Counted from the whole stretch's first letter, positions 12,495 through 25,407 are shown. The stretch is 63,217 nt of DNA, filler included, from Sphacelaria rigidula (GCA_964200075.2; 10 parts of 10 records of this genome joined end to end with filler, not necessarily neighbours in it), one strand, 5' to 3'. Numbers and translations: made by a program. Notes: generated from the letters alone by a model not told the origin.

Positions 12495-12565
12495 TAGACA
12501 CCCATGAGGCAGTGTATAAGCCGAGGCTGTCTCTGGAAGCGGCGATACCACAGAATAAAGCAACT
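12495..12565 (+). mobile_element. Family A retroposon, 5' part (cut by contig end)
   Basis: ACACCCATGAGGCAGTGTATAAGCC...AAGCAACT, with a poly-C tract ~15 nt upstream. Confidence 0.7.
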
Positions 12566-15506
12566 NNNNNNNNNNNNNNNNNNNNNNNNNNNNNNNNNNN
12601 NNNNNNNNNTTAATTAATTAANNNNNNNNNNNNNNNNNNNNNNNNNNNNNNNNNNNNNNNNNNNNCCTTCCCGTTTTGTCCAGGAAGCGAACAGTTTACC
12701 CATTGAACCCGTGAGCGCTCACAAATTCGATGAGTAAACTGCTCGCTTCCTGAACAAAAGATATGCTGTGTGATCCGTCCCGGTATGACAAATCAGTTGT
12801 CTCCGGGGGCCCTCGCCCGTCGCAAGCCTCACTCTTCACATGTCAAAGTCATTCCTTCCACAATCGATTATGTCAGGATTCGAACCGCATATCTTTTGTT
12901 CAGGAAGTGAAAAGTTTGCCCATTGAATCAGTGACCTGGTACTTTCGGAGCAGGGCTGGCACAACTCGAGCTTGGTTCGATCTTGGATGCATGTCGCAAC
13001 GTCTCAAGTGTACGCTTTTACCGTCGCTGTACTGCTGGAGCAGCAGCTGCTGCTACTCCACTGTACATGCGATCTGTTTCATAATCAGTGGTTGAAAGAC
13101 GACGGTAAGACACAGTCAGCGTGTGATCACTCCCCACGTAACAATCTACTGCACGCTGCTTGAGTCTCTGCTTAGTGTTCCTCGACACTACAGTCTGGAG
13201 CAATGCTGGACAGCTGACAGCACAAGAGCGGTCAGGCAGGCAGCAGAGACTACGAGCAGAGTATAAAGCATGCCCATTATCTCTGTTTTCTATGTTTAAG
13301 TAGTCGTTACCCAAGTGGTCGAACACGGCTTCGCTGCGGGGTAGCCTATCTGTCGGGGGACAAAGTGACCATTCTGACCAACCACAACTACCAAAATGGT
13401 CACTTCCCTCCTCTGGGGCATCGCTCTTAGCTTAGCATTTTCCGCAGGTAGTTTCCCGACACACTTAGTGAAGCTCGTGGGCTTTCTTTTTGTTACCCAC
13501 TCTCTCATCTTTTCAAGGACGGGAATCAGATTCTTCGAAGATATAAACCCGAACATACCCGGCAGGAATCGAACCCCCGCGTGCTTTGCACCCAAATTGT
13601 GTCAATTGTATCGTAGAACCCCCAGGGTGTTCCATCTTCCCCAATTGCCGCACCTACATGTGTCTCATGCCTTCTGCCGCCTTCCTCACCTTCTCCAACA
13701 CTTGCCGCTTCCCAACCTCTCTCGTCTGTCTGTCTCTATCTCCTTCTCTACTCCCTCTCTGCGTATCCTCGCGGGACAGGTGCACACGCACCCAACGCTG
13801 TGCGAAGTTCTGGACGAGGCTTTCAAGGGGGCCATGGGTCGACAGGCACACTAAACGCATGGTCAAATTACGCACCTCGAACAACATATTACGTTGGGAA
13901 AGAGTGTACCGTTTACAGTATCGAATCTGTTGTCTATCGCGATACGCAATGGACAGATATTTCATCTGGTACACTTTTGGCCAATTATTATCTCTCATCC
14001 AGGGTGTGCCAAGTTTCAATAGTTGCACGTTCTTTAATCTTATAGGTTTATCGAGGGGGGAGCATTGGGCCTAGCAAAGCCGCCTTCCATGCACAATCAC
14101 TCCCTCTGTCATTGTCATAGACGGGTGCGATGTATGGATTTTTCACCAACATGGATGCTCGTACTTGTGCCCAGGTTGTAGTACTTAACTCGATGTATGC
14201 ATCAGCCGCGAATGGGCGTTTCCAGACATGGAGGCTGGTGGTCCTGTGGCTGGGAATAGGACTGTTGCTCGGTCGGCGTATTTGCTGCACTGTGCTCTGA
14301 GTTTTGGCCAGTTTTCGTCGCCGACGATGCGGGCCTTGTTTATTGTTGAATGCTATGCTTTTGAGCGGACGCGGGCTTTTGCATCCCTCTCAAGATGAGA
14401 GTTCTTTTGAGAAGAATACAGGCTGGGCCGCCTAAGAAGCGGACTTGCCTTCAGCCGGTTCTAACTGACGATCTATCGCGAGTTGTGCCAACCATGACAC
14501 AAAATGTTGATCTGCAAATCAACGCGCGTCTTTCACTTCACGTAGCACTGCGATCTGACAAGTTCCCATCAAAGGAAATACTAAACTGTAGTCAGCTGCG
14601 AAGTGTTGAGAGTTGAGGGTGGAATGTGCGGCGGAATTAGGGAAAAAACCGGCTGGAAGCGCATTTATGGTTAAAGTCAGTATGCCGCGGCCGTAAAGTA
14701 ATGGTGCTGCACTAGCTGTGGTTGTACAACAAGGCATACTGTGGGCGCGCAGTGTCTGAGATGGCACGCAGACGAGACTTCCAGCGCGCCCAGGCGTCGC
14801 GCTTGTAGAAAACGTCGAAGTTCCGGCTGAGGTTATTGTAATCTAAGAGCAAGTGAATCGGTTCTCGGCAAAAAAAATAAATTTCACCGCTCAATTTCAA
14901 GTCGTTTTCCATGATTTTTTACACAAAATACATGAGGTTTATGTGAAGCCTTTACCGTACCCCCCCCNNNNNNNNNNCCTTTCTCTGTATTCTTGTCTTT
15001 CTTTCTTATTCACTTAGATCTCGTTTCGATGTCGCCCGCCCCTCACCCCCCCCCCCCCCCCCCCCTTTCTTTTCCTCGTGAGTTATTGGTGACCTAAACT
15101 TCGGGACATTCTTTCCTGGTACAAAAGCGTCGACAACTCATCGAAGAAATGAAAAATGTCAAGGGGGGGCAATAGGGACTTAACAACATACCTCATGCGC
15201 ATCGTGTCAAAATTTCGTGGAAAAGTACTCGAAATTGAAAAACAAAACCGCGTTTCAGTGTTTCGTGGCTGATCCATCCCCACATAGGAATCAGTCTTCG
15301 ACAGGAACAGCCGATTCAGCAGCTCAATTTTGGGCCGTTTTCTATGAAGTTTTGACACGATATACAGGATGTATTTGCGAAGACTCCACCGTCTGCCTCC
15401 TTCGTTTCGTTTTTTTTCTCCGTGAGTTATCGGCGACCACACATTTCAGAACATTTTATCTCGGACCAAAATCGTGAAAAACCCCCCCCCCCCGAAAAAA
15501 AACATG

Positions 15507-15523
15507 TACGAGCTGGGCCAGCC
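15507..15523 (+). repeat. Recurrent TIR-like motif TACGAGCTGGGCCAGCC
   Basis: Reverse-complement copies at 44785-44801 and 55556-55571. The TA-CGAG start resembles Tc1/mariner-type ends (inference). Confidence 0.45.
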
Positions 15524-15884
15524 GAGAAGCGATTCTGTAGTTTGCTGGCCCATTATACGGCCAATATTTAGAGTTGGATCCTGAAATTTCGTGTTGACAA
15601 TAAATAGGGCATGATGAGAAAAAATACTAGTGCACACGAGAGTTTTATTTTTTTCTAATTAGTTAGGGGCATTTTACCGATATCTGAAAACTGATTATTG
15701 CCCTTAACTCATGAAGAAAAAAACCCTTGTGTGCACTGGTATTTTTTATTATTATGCCCTATTCATTGTCCATACCAAAATTCAGGGTTCAACTCTACGC
15801 ATTGGCCGTTGAAAGGGTGGTTTAGTGACGGGGTCAAAAGAGATTCGGAACAGTATTTTGCAGGCCACTTACCGGCCAACGTGT

Positions 15885-16110
15885 GGTGTTTGTGTATTCA
15901 AACTTCGTGTGGGCCGTGGCTAGGGCATAATTGACGAAACAAAGTGGGTCAGGTTGATTTTTCTTATTTTTTCACTGGTTTAGGGCGTTTTGGTATGGAA
16001 ACCGCCACAGTTTTATGAGAACGCCCGAACCTCTCCCCCCCCCCAAAAAAAGAAAGAAGCTGAGGGCCCTTTTGTAATTCAGCATACCTCTGTGGTTCTT
16101 CACCATGAGT
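15885..16110 (+). repeat. AT-rich dispersed repeat
   Basis: Homologous to 44325-44540. Confidence 0.65.
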
Positions 16111-16564
16111 TTCAAATTACAATTCTGAAAATTGAGATAAGGCCCGAAAGCGATGTTCATTTTCCCTCAAAACTGCCCCAAAAACCCGAATAAAATGAAA
16201 AAAAAAACAAAAAAATTGAAAAAGCTGTGTTCATGAGCTTTATTATGCACTGGCGGTTCTCCATACGATTTTTTTCCAATTTTCCAATTGGTTGTTGTCT
16301 CAGGCTATTCGAGATTCGGCATTAGATTTCTGTGACAGAAAACACTCTCGTTAATTCGGAATACTTTGAAAAAACGAAAACTTGAAAAAAACTGCTCAAA
16401 CCATGACCCAATTATATGAAGTACAGTGTACTACACTGAAAACAAGACAATTCTGCAGTGGTATATGGAGAACAGAGTACTATACTGAACACAAGACAAC
16501 ACGGCAGTTTTGCAGTGTTTTCTAGTTTTACAATATGCATCAGCTTCTCTTTTTGCAAAATCAC

Positions 16565-17465
16565 AGCGTCCTGACTGATACTATATGTTACAGCTTGGTT
16601 ACAGAGAGACGAATACAACAATACAGCACATCAAGCAATCTCAGCGGAGACCAAACCGTCTTCGCAAGGTCTAAACACACCCTAGGAGAGTGATAGCTAC
16701 AGCACATGAGAGCGGAAGTGAGTGCGTTTGTGCTGCAGTACAGTGAGACAAGACCTGTCCCATGTTTTAGTTCTTCGGCTGATTTCGAACGGGCCTTTAG
16801 TGTATGCAGGGTGCTGATCTTGAACGCTCGGACATGATCGCCCTTCGCGCAAATATTTTTATTTACTACGAAATTATCCGCAGGTATGGGTCCTGTGCCT
16901 TGTCTTGCCGTGGCCGCGAGCGCTGGCGCCGATGCCAACGGCAGCAGCCGTCATGCTGACGGGTGCAAGCAGTACCCTGGTGGTGCAGTATATCCGTACA
17001 GTGCTGTGCGTCGCTCCTTTCATTGGAGCATGGGGTCTGGCCAGCCGTTCGAGCGGTGTATACTGGTGCTGCTTCTGTGCCTTCACCCAGCAGTGTTCGG
17101 TATCTCGCACATGATGGGTCCGGGTAACATGAAGTTTTGAACAGTCCAGTGTGTAGACAGTGCTGCGTCCTGACTGATACTATATGTTACAGCTTGGTTA
17201 CAGAGAGACGGATACAACAAAACATTACATCAAGCAATCTCAGCGGAGACCAAACCGTCTTCGCAACGTCTAAACACACCCCTGAACAGTGATAGCTACA
17301 GCACATGAGAGCGGAAGTGAGTGTGTCTGTGCTGAAGTACAGTGAGACAAGACATGTCCCATGTTTTAGTTCTTCGGCTGATTTCGAACGAGCCCTCAGT
17401 GTTTGCAGGAGGAGGCTAATCTTGAACGCTCGGACATGATCGCCCTTCGCGCAAATATTTTTATT
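16565..17465 (+). repeat. ~600-bp unit repeat, 1.5 tandem copies (A-B-A)
   Basis: 16567-16865 is repeated at ~17165-17465. A homologous single unit lies at ~62535-63129. Confidence 0.85.
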
Positions 17466-18997
17466 TCCGCACAAGATACAGGCAGCCATGACAGCAGCAG
17501 AGGTGGCCTTTCACTCCTGCGTGCGCAACCTGGGGCAAACGCACGCTGTAGCTACATCAACACGAAGAGCTTTAAAAAATGATATCCCGCGTGCACGTTG
17601 ACCGCAGATACAAGCGGTTGCGTGCATGATGTGGCGAACTGCATAGGACAGCGCGAAATCAATGCAGCACAGGGTTAGGATGAGGATGTGACGTTCTGTG
17701 GTGTGCTTTGTCACCCAGTTCCCTGCCGCTGTGCAGTGAGCAGGTAGTACCAACGAAGGCGTAACGTCGCGGTTGGTACGCAGTGTCGAACCCATAGCAG
17801 CAAACAGCATAATATTTCTTGTACAACAGACGAGGATGTATGTTTCAAGACCGATGCGCACAGAGTGGGACCCGTATCTAGAAAAATCTGCACTAACTCG
17901 CCCTGTTCTTGTTGATACATGAATCTATTTAGCAAAAAACGCTTGTAACGTGTGCTGTGACGAATGTCATGCGTCATGCAGCTCTCTCCCATGTGCGGCA
18001 TCGCCCGTGGAGCGAGCTGTTGAAGCAAACAGTGCCCAATCCTATTCCCACGATGACCTCCTGTCTGAGCTCGAGATAATTGGAACTGCGGAACATGACT
18101 TCAACAAGTAGAACGTACACCTCACCGTGATTAGAGCTTCCATATTATCCAAAAGGAATAACACTGTGAGGGCGTCTGTCTGTTCTACCCCTTTTTCATT
18201 CCATTCCAATGTAAGAAAGGATGGGAAAGTTGTAGGCGCGATGCGAAGCAGAGCGATCTATTCAGCATAAAACAGCCGATTTTAAATTTTGGGGCTCAAC
18301 ACTAAAATGGGGCTGAAGTCGCATTTCTCTATTGCAGGGAAGATACGAAAGAGTAACACAGAGCAAAAGTATCTCCCCTCCCCAAAACTCCGCAGGGGGA
18401 CTTGACCGTCCGACCGCGAGAGTAGGCCACCTGCTGAATCGGCATCAATATTCACTCGGAAAGAGTACACGCGTGGTTCAGGTGGACTACGGGCACCGCG
18501 GTCCAAGGGTTAAGCAACTCTGGCTAGGCGCACCCAACGAAATGCGGTGTACGCGCGTGTCGACGACGATATCACCAGAGAGAGAAGCAACGACAGAGAA
18601 GAAGCTCCTCGCCCGTGCCCTTTGTGTGTCCCCGCTCGGCGATTACCAAACTCTCGAGAGACTGGCATCCTTGATCTTGCCAGCATGTGCCAAATTTTTC
18701 ATATGCCAGAGCATCGACGTGCGAAGAAATTGTCTCTTCTTGCCTGTCGCCAACGTGAACATCCATTTCTCTCTGCCTCTCCTTTTGGACAGGACGTGCC
18801 TCTGTGCGCCGAAAACCATGTTGAAAAAATAGGGCAATGTTCCCGTCACCGCTACTACTGTTCTCTGTCACACACATATGCTAGCAAGGACGGTGCTNNN
18901 NNNNNNNNNNNNNNNNNNNNNNNNNNNNNNNNNNNNNNNNNTTAATTAATTAANNNNNNNNNNNNNNNNNNNNNNNNNNNNNNNNNNNNNNNNNNNN

Positions 18998-19057
18998 ATG
19001 CGTGGTCAATGGTCAAACGACTAAGGCAAGCAACACATGAGAACGCCCCCCCCCCCC
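18998..19057 (+). mobile_element. Family B LINE-like 3' end with poly-C tail (cut by contig start)
   Basis: GGTCAATGGTCAAACGACTAAGGCAAGCAACACATGAGAACG followed by C12. Confidence 0.8.
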
Positions 19058-19865
19058 TACTCGCCGGCTGGAGGAGGTGGTCCTTGAACATCCGGGTCTT
19101 CCCTGCGCCGGTGGGTGCGTCTATGGCGACGAACTTCGAACACCGGAGGTCGATGTTGTCGATGTTGAGGTTCCCGAGGTACTTTTTGACCCCTGGAGGG
19201 GTGATGGCAGGGTTGCCGGTGCCGGTAATCCGCGGAAGCCCGCGATCGAGCCAGTACATGGCGTGGCACTCCCAGCACCACACCCCCTGCGATTCGCCGT
19301 TCGACTTGACCACGGTGTGCGCACAGCACTCCATCATGTCCGGCCGGCCGTCGACGTAGTCACAGTTCCTGCAGTGAACCATGACGCCGTGGCCCAGCTG
19401 GGAGATGGTCGGCCAGAGGCCCTCCAGCGTGCACCAGCTGTCGTGAGTAGTTACCTCCCACCTCCGCGGTGCTCCGTCTCGAAAGGGAGGCGTGGTCAAT
19501 GGTCAAACGACTACGGCAAGCAACAAATGAGTACGCCCCCCCCACCTCCGCGGCAGCCCCGCCATGTTGCGGTAGGTGGCCGGGCTGTCCGTCGTGTTCT
19601 TCGAGCACGGCCCTCCTCGCGCCTTCTTGGCAAGAGAAACTGGCAGCGTGCCGCCGCGAGTTTGTCCGCCCATCGTCCCAAGCTCCTGCCCACCACTACC
19701 CTGGGGGGCGTCCCTGCGCCGTCCATCTGGTCGCCGGCGGCGGGCACGGCGGAGGCCGCGGCGCGGGCGGCGCGAAGCCGGTCGGCCGGGTCGGGGTAGA
19801 CGAGACGGGAGTCGAACGCCGCCACCTGCTCGGGGGGGGTGCACTGCGTGGCAAGGAAAGCCACG
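19058..19865 (-). pseudogene. Relic of a Zn-ribbon + Walker A helicase gene (origin-binding-protein/primase-helicase-like), disrupted by two family B insertions
   Basis: Removing the insert at 19470-19540 plus one TSD restores the frame ...NMAGLPRRWEVTT...HCRNC...WCWEC...KKYLGNLNIDNIDLRCSKFVAIDAPTGAGKT. GC-rich and intronless. Confidence 0.55.
19470..19540 (+). mobile_element. 5'-truncated family B LINE-like insert with 13-bp TSD
   Basis: TSD CCCACCTCCGCGG at 19457-19469 and 19541-19553. Ends AAATGAGTACG-CCCCC. Confidence 0.9.
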
Positions 19866-22173
19866 GTTCCAAGAAATAGCTGAAATGCACATTTCGCGCC
19901 TGTCTTCGGTCCTCTTTTCGGGGGGGAGGGGGGAGCAATTATTGTGGATATTGCTGTGTGTATCCCTGCACGCGGGATCAGAGGCTGACTCCACCGAGGT
20001 TAGTCGGGTCCAGGGATTCGGAAAGTTTGGGCAGCAGAAGTACCGCAGTACTTCAGAGCAGAAGACAATGGTTCGATGTTGTAAACAAGGCGCTTGCGGC
20101 CAACACAGACAAATATAACAGACTTACACAGGCTGCTGATTGCCCAGGTAGGATGGTGCTCCTAGAGATGATAAGGAACCCAGACAAACCAGGAAGGTAA
20201 ACAAGGAGTGAGCTCGAATACCGAGCACAGCTCATCAACATCCGCTTTACAGACGTTAGCATATTCCTCCGCAGACGTTACATGTCAACCGACACATATT
20301 ATACCGACTGTACTTCATGGCCACAGTACAACAATGAGCAATTCATGGACAGTGCTACTATACATTGACTACATAAAGGAATGTGTAGACAATTCCGTAA
20401 CAGCTATCCCTGCATTGGTCTCATCTAACGCCAGCACCGCCGTGTGTCCTCACCCCAACTCACAAAATAATGGTTTCACAGCAGCGCTGAGACCGGCACG
20501 ATACAGAGCTGGACATCGTTCGGCATCACAGCTTTTCCAATGTGGCCAACATGTGAGTATACGACAGTGATACATGATCAGTTCGGCACCCCCCCGGATC
20601 AGTAGGCTCAACTCTCGAAGTATTCAGCGGCTGCTACGACTCACCTCGGTGGTAAGCCGCCGATACCTGAAATTTATTTGGACGCCGCGCATCGAACACG
20701 GTTGAAATCCAGCGCGACTCTAAAGCGCCACATGTTTTTTTATTTGCTGCGCATTCCGAGAAAATGCTTTGTTGCAACTACTTTGTTGCTGTCAGCGCTG
20801 TTGCAAACATACCAATCAAATAATGACGACGCGAGATATCAACTGCCATATTTTCGTGTCGCACCTTCTCAACATCAACCAACAATAATGGGAATGCCTA
20901 CTCGCGTGCTTTTAATTTACACATCATCTACTCAACACTTTGCACGTCCCATCGACCCTCGTGGATAGTGCCGCGTTTTCGTGGCATACAGATATCTTGA
21001 CCGTAACGACGTATCTGTCCGCTCATCATGCCCTGGCGGTACTACACATATCTTGAACACGACTGCTCCTTCGCCACTGTGCACGACATCACACAGCGAC
21101 AGAAGAGGATCCACCACGTTGACGGTTGCGTTCATTGTTACCACACACCCCGTTGCCGTTCCACCACACCAAAATAGCCTCGAGTGATTACTTTGATTAG
21201 CAAGTTCCCTTGCAGCATGTGGCATGATTACTTTGACACCTCGTCTCTTTTGTTCTCCAATACCATATATGATCTCTCACCTAAAAACAGTTGGCCATCA
21301 AAACGTCCATAGTTCGGGATACCTACACATTCTGGCATGAACGATTTAAGCTAAATGGACTCCTCCGACGCGTCCTCTCGCTTCTCGCGAGACGTGAGAG
21401 GACATCTCGCGATAAACGAGAGGACTTATCGCCAGAAGCAGTAATAGTTTATGTCTCCCGCGGGACTTGTGGCGAGACGTGAGAGGAAGTCGTGACGAAG
21501 AGGAATTGTCGCAGGACGGGGCTTGAACGGCTTCCATTGGTTGGGCATCACTTTTCATCAGTAAATGCGCAGGGGCGTGAACGGCGTCCGGACCCGTTCT
21601 GAAATTTCTAATATATTGTATTCCAACGTTTCATGTACACATTCAAATCAAGTAATATCAACCATGAACATTTGCACCGCAGGTCAGCTCTACTGACCGA
21701 AAAGGCGTTCGATCACTCCGATATTTGAAATTTTGCTCGTAATTTACCGCACGTAACCATACCCTCGTGCGCATCAATCATGCACCTGGGGGTACGGACC
21801 TCTTCCCTCAGGGACCGTGGGGGTACGGGCCCCTTCGCGCCAGAAGCCTGAGAGGGGATAATACCCCTTGTCGCAACGACCAAACCCCTTGTGGCAACGA
21901 CCTCTGGCGACAGAACCGCTTCTCGCGAGAAACATTTTGCGACCAGTCCATCTAGCTTAAATTGATATTTCCTGGTCGTTACAGGAGTTTATCGCGACAA
22001 GCCGAGATTACTCCGTACTTATTGCAAGACGTCCTCTCGCTTATGGCGAGAAGCACGGAGTAATATTGGCTTGTCGCTATAAGTCCTCTCGCTTATGGCG
22101 AGAAGGAGCAAGTTATTTCCAGTAATTGGGTATACATGACTGCATAGTAGCGTATCTTTCCCCTGATGACGCT

Positions 22174-22290
22174 CCAGGTAGTCCCTCCAGGTAGTCCCGC
22201 CAGGTAGTCCCGCCAGGTAGTCCCTCCAGGTAGTCCCGCCAGGTAATCCCGCCAGGTAGTACCGCCGGGTAGCCCCGCCAGGTAGTCCCT
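22174..22290. repeat. 13-bp minisatellite (CCAGGTAGTCCCG)n
   Basis: About nine degenerate tandem units. A second 13-mer array (TGGGTTGTCCCAC x3) lies at ~22831-22870. Confidence 0.85.
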
Positions 22291-22939
22291 CCACGGACCT
22301 ACCTGCGGTAGGGTTCATTCAATGCACAGCATATTTAACACGTCGACACCACCCGCCCTGTTACCATCGTGCCGCAGATCGCAGCTATCTATGAGGTTGC
22401 AAGCGTGCCCGGTTTCTCTAGGCGTAACACAGGACGAGTGGGAGGACTTCACGTTGACCACCATGACCGGTATCTCGGACTCGCCCGAAGAGAGGAACTA
22501 CCCAGTGATCCTCCCGATGGACCAGCTTGTGGGCCGATTGGCGGAAGTCGTGTTAGCCGCCACCCACGTGCGATACTTCCTAGGTGAGTCGTAGCGCTAT
22601 GTACAAAGGAGGAGAAGGGGGAGGACGAAGACGTGGCCTGTACCCCGCAGGATGGGAGGCAGGCGGGTCCGCCCATCACCTCACCTCGGGGTGTTGGGAT
22701 ACGAGAAGACGGAACCCGTATCATCTGCCGGCGAGAGAATAAGAAGGAGGTGGCGGAGGGGAGCGACCGTGGAGGCCAAGCAGCCGTGGAGCAGCCCGGG
22801 CGGGAAGGGTAGATGAACCTTACGTCGGGCTGGGTTGTCCCACTGGGTTGTCCCACTGGGTTGTCCCACTGTGTTGCCCCTGGGGCGTAACTGTAGTTAC
22901 GTACGTATAGAGAGGTCATTGTACGTACGCACGAAGGGT

Positions 22940-23135
22940 GGGACAAATAATGATTCGTCTGAAAATTACTTGGTTTGAGTATGATGAGTCGCAGCCCAGA
23001 CACGTGGAGTGGCGCAAACGTTGCGTGGATACCCCTTGGACCAGCGATCAACTTCCTTCTCCCTTTTGGGCAATCAGGCACGACGAAATAGTGACTGGTG
23101 ATTTTGAGTTGTGATGATTTGTCCTAACCGTGGTA
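22940..23135 (+). repeat. Unclassified dispersed repeat (family G)
   Basis: Homologous to ~26385-26580 and ~36065-36320 (GATTCGTCTGAAA...TCCCTTTTGGGCAATCAGGC). Confidence 0.65.
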
Positions 23136-25407
23136 CCTATCGACGTACACAGGGAGAGGGTGCACAAGCGAAGAGATGAACTCTTGAACGGTGATGTATT
23201 GCGCCCAGCGTGTGTATTGTTTTCAGTCCCAGTCACCGCCACAACAACAACCACCACCATCGCTGCACTCGGACTTTGTACATAGCGCTAACACAAGACT
23301 AGCGCTTGGTTCTGAAATCAGTATAATACCACCCGCCCGGAACGACCTACCGTTACTGATTCCCCACCGGGCCAACCCTGCGCAGACCCAGAGCAGCGGC
23401 CACTTGACAGACAGCAGCAACACAGACAGCAGTAGCACAACAATACTACTGTCACGAAGAATATCAGCGAGGTCATTGTGTAGTATAAGCACGGAGGAAA
23501 CATAACTTCAGCGCCGTCGAGGACGGATGTTGCTGAAGTGGTTGAGGATAAGAAGGGCTGCTGGGTATTCACAGATGACGACCGGTGCCCCGCGATATTG
23601 TACCCGCAGCACGCCCTCACGTGCCCCCTGTGCAACCCGGGAAGCGACTGGTGGAGATCTTTCTGTGCGGTCACCATGACAGGGGATGCCGCGACGTGGT
23701 AGAATTTTCCATACTATTGTCTCGTAGGTCCTGACGGTGACTCTACACACGATCGTCACGCGAGGGCGGAAGTGAGCGAAGAGTTTTCGAAGCGCATCAA
23801 CAAGAACCATCCCGAGTTGTTGGAGCTTTCACGATGGAGGACGGAGATAGAGAAGGTTCTACCGAAGGAAGGCCAGTTCGAGGTCACCCCCGAGAGCTCC
23901 CGGCTGTGGTGAGTACCTTTCAGCAGCGTTCGGTACTTGTCTGTATCACCACCCGTTGGTCACAGGGACTCCCTACCGGCCGTATCGGTAGGGAGTGCCG
24001 GCAGGGAGTACCGGCGGGTAGTACTGGTCGAAAGCCCTGACAGGGACAAGTCCTTATAGCTGTCTACCTGCAACCTGTACACGGGTGTAATGTTTCGTCG
24101 CAATCTCTCCCCCTGCAATTTGACAGGGATTGTAACGGTCGCCCCTCAAGAGGCGGCAAATATAGCGGTGTGCTCACCCCGGCGCAATTAAACGGGACGG
24201 AGACAGTCGCAAAGACCGCCAGCGGAAGAGTCGGACTAGGTTCACACGGTTATGGGCGCGCCTGACCCCCCAAAATGAGCCAAAAAAGTGTCACCGACCA
24301 AAAGCACGAACAGACCGGAGATCTCGTTCATCTCCTGATTATGCACGCCGTAAATTCCCATAAGTACTTGTGGTTTGAGTGGGGTTTCCACTCGACGATT
24401 TCCCATTTTCGCTGTCCCGGGCTACGAACCACGGCGTACCTAGGCTACTCGCCGGCGTGTATTTGTCCAAGCTACAATCTGGAAAGATTGTGGAACCAAA
24501 GGAGTTGTGGTGATCGAGAAAATCGCAAAAAACGATGTTTTTTTTCACTTAATTCGTTATAAAACTCGAATCCCGATGAGATGAAAAAAATTGTTCACAG
24601 AGTTTTTAGCTGCCGTCTTGGCGCAAATGATGCGAAAAATCGCATCCCAATCAATGGCCTTGACGATGAGTAATTGGGGCAACCGTTTGGGCTACGGGCG
24701 CAAACCAGCACCTCCAACCCTCGCCGGTTTTCACGACGTGCGAACACGTCACCCCTGTCCGACGGCCTCAGAATAGATTACACTCATGGATGACTCGTGA
24801 TACTGCAGATGATTGATACATCACATGTGTGGAATGTTCGGCAGGTAGGTGTAGAATTAAACCTTTGACCGGACCCCTAGAGGCTTCCTTGTGTGCGGAT
24901 ATTTACCCCCACATCTGTGCATCGCTTGTGATAGTGGCAAGAGTAGCGCTCGTTCTCCTGCACCCAGTGCCATCACCACGCCACCGTCGATAGCGTAACT
25001 TTGTATATCATTTCACCTGGCGGCAAGTGTGGACAAACTCTGAACTGACGGAGAAAAGAAAGCCACAGAGAATAGTAACGGCACAGCTCCCATGAAAAGA
25101 TCCGGATTTCGGTGTTCGCAATAATATCAAGATGGATCAACTTATCCTCCCCAATGGTCAACTATACTGCGTCAAGGCGACACAGAAGACAGCATAAAGT
25201 CGTCAGCCCACTTTTGCTGAAGCCACATGNNNNNNNNNNNNNNNNNNNNNNNNNNNNNNNNNNNNNNNNNNNNTTAATTAATTAANNNNNNNNNNNNNNN
25301 NNNNNNNNNNNNNNNNNNNNNNNNNNNNNTTTGCGGGTGCTTTTGTTTTTTGGGGGGGGGTTGGGGGGGGGGGGGGGGGGGGGGGGGGGTGGGCGGGGTG
25401 GGGGGGG

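Noticed and set aside
13555..13595. tRNA-like T-arm/B box (GGTTCGATTCC) on the minus strand
   Set aside because: No D-arm, A box or acceptor stem is visible, so it is not a tRNA gene.
13296..14074. ORFs that might be a decayed retroelement endonuclease region
   Set aside because: No convincing catalytic motif and the frames are fragmented.
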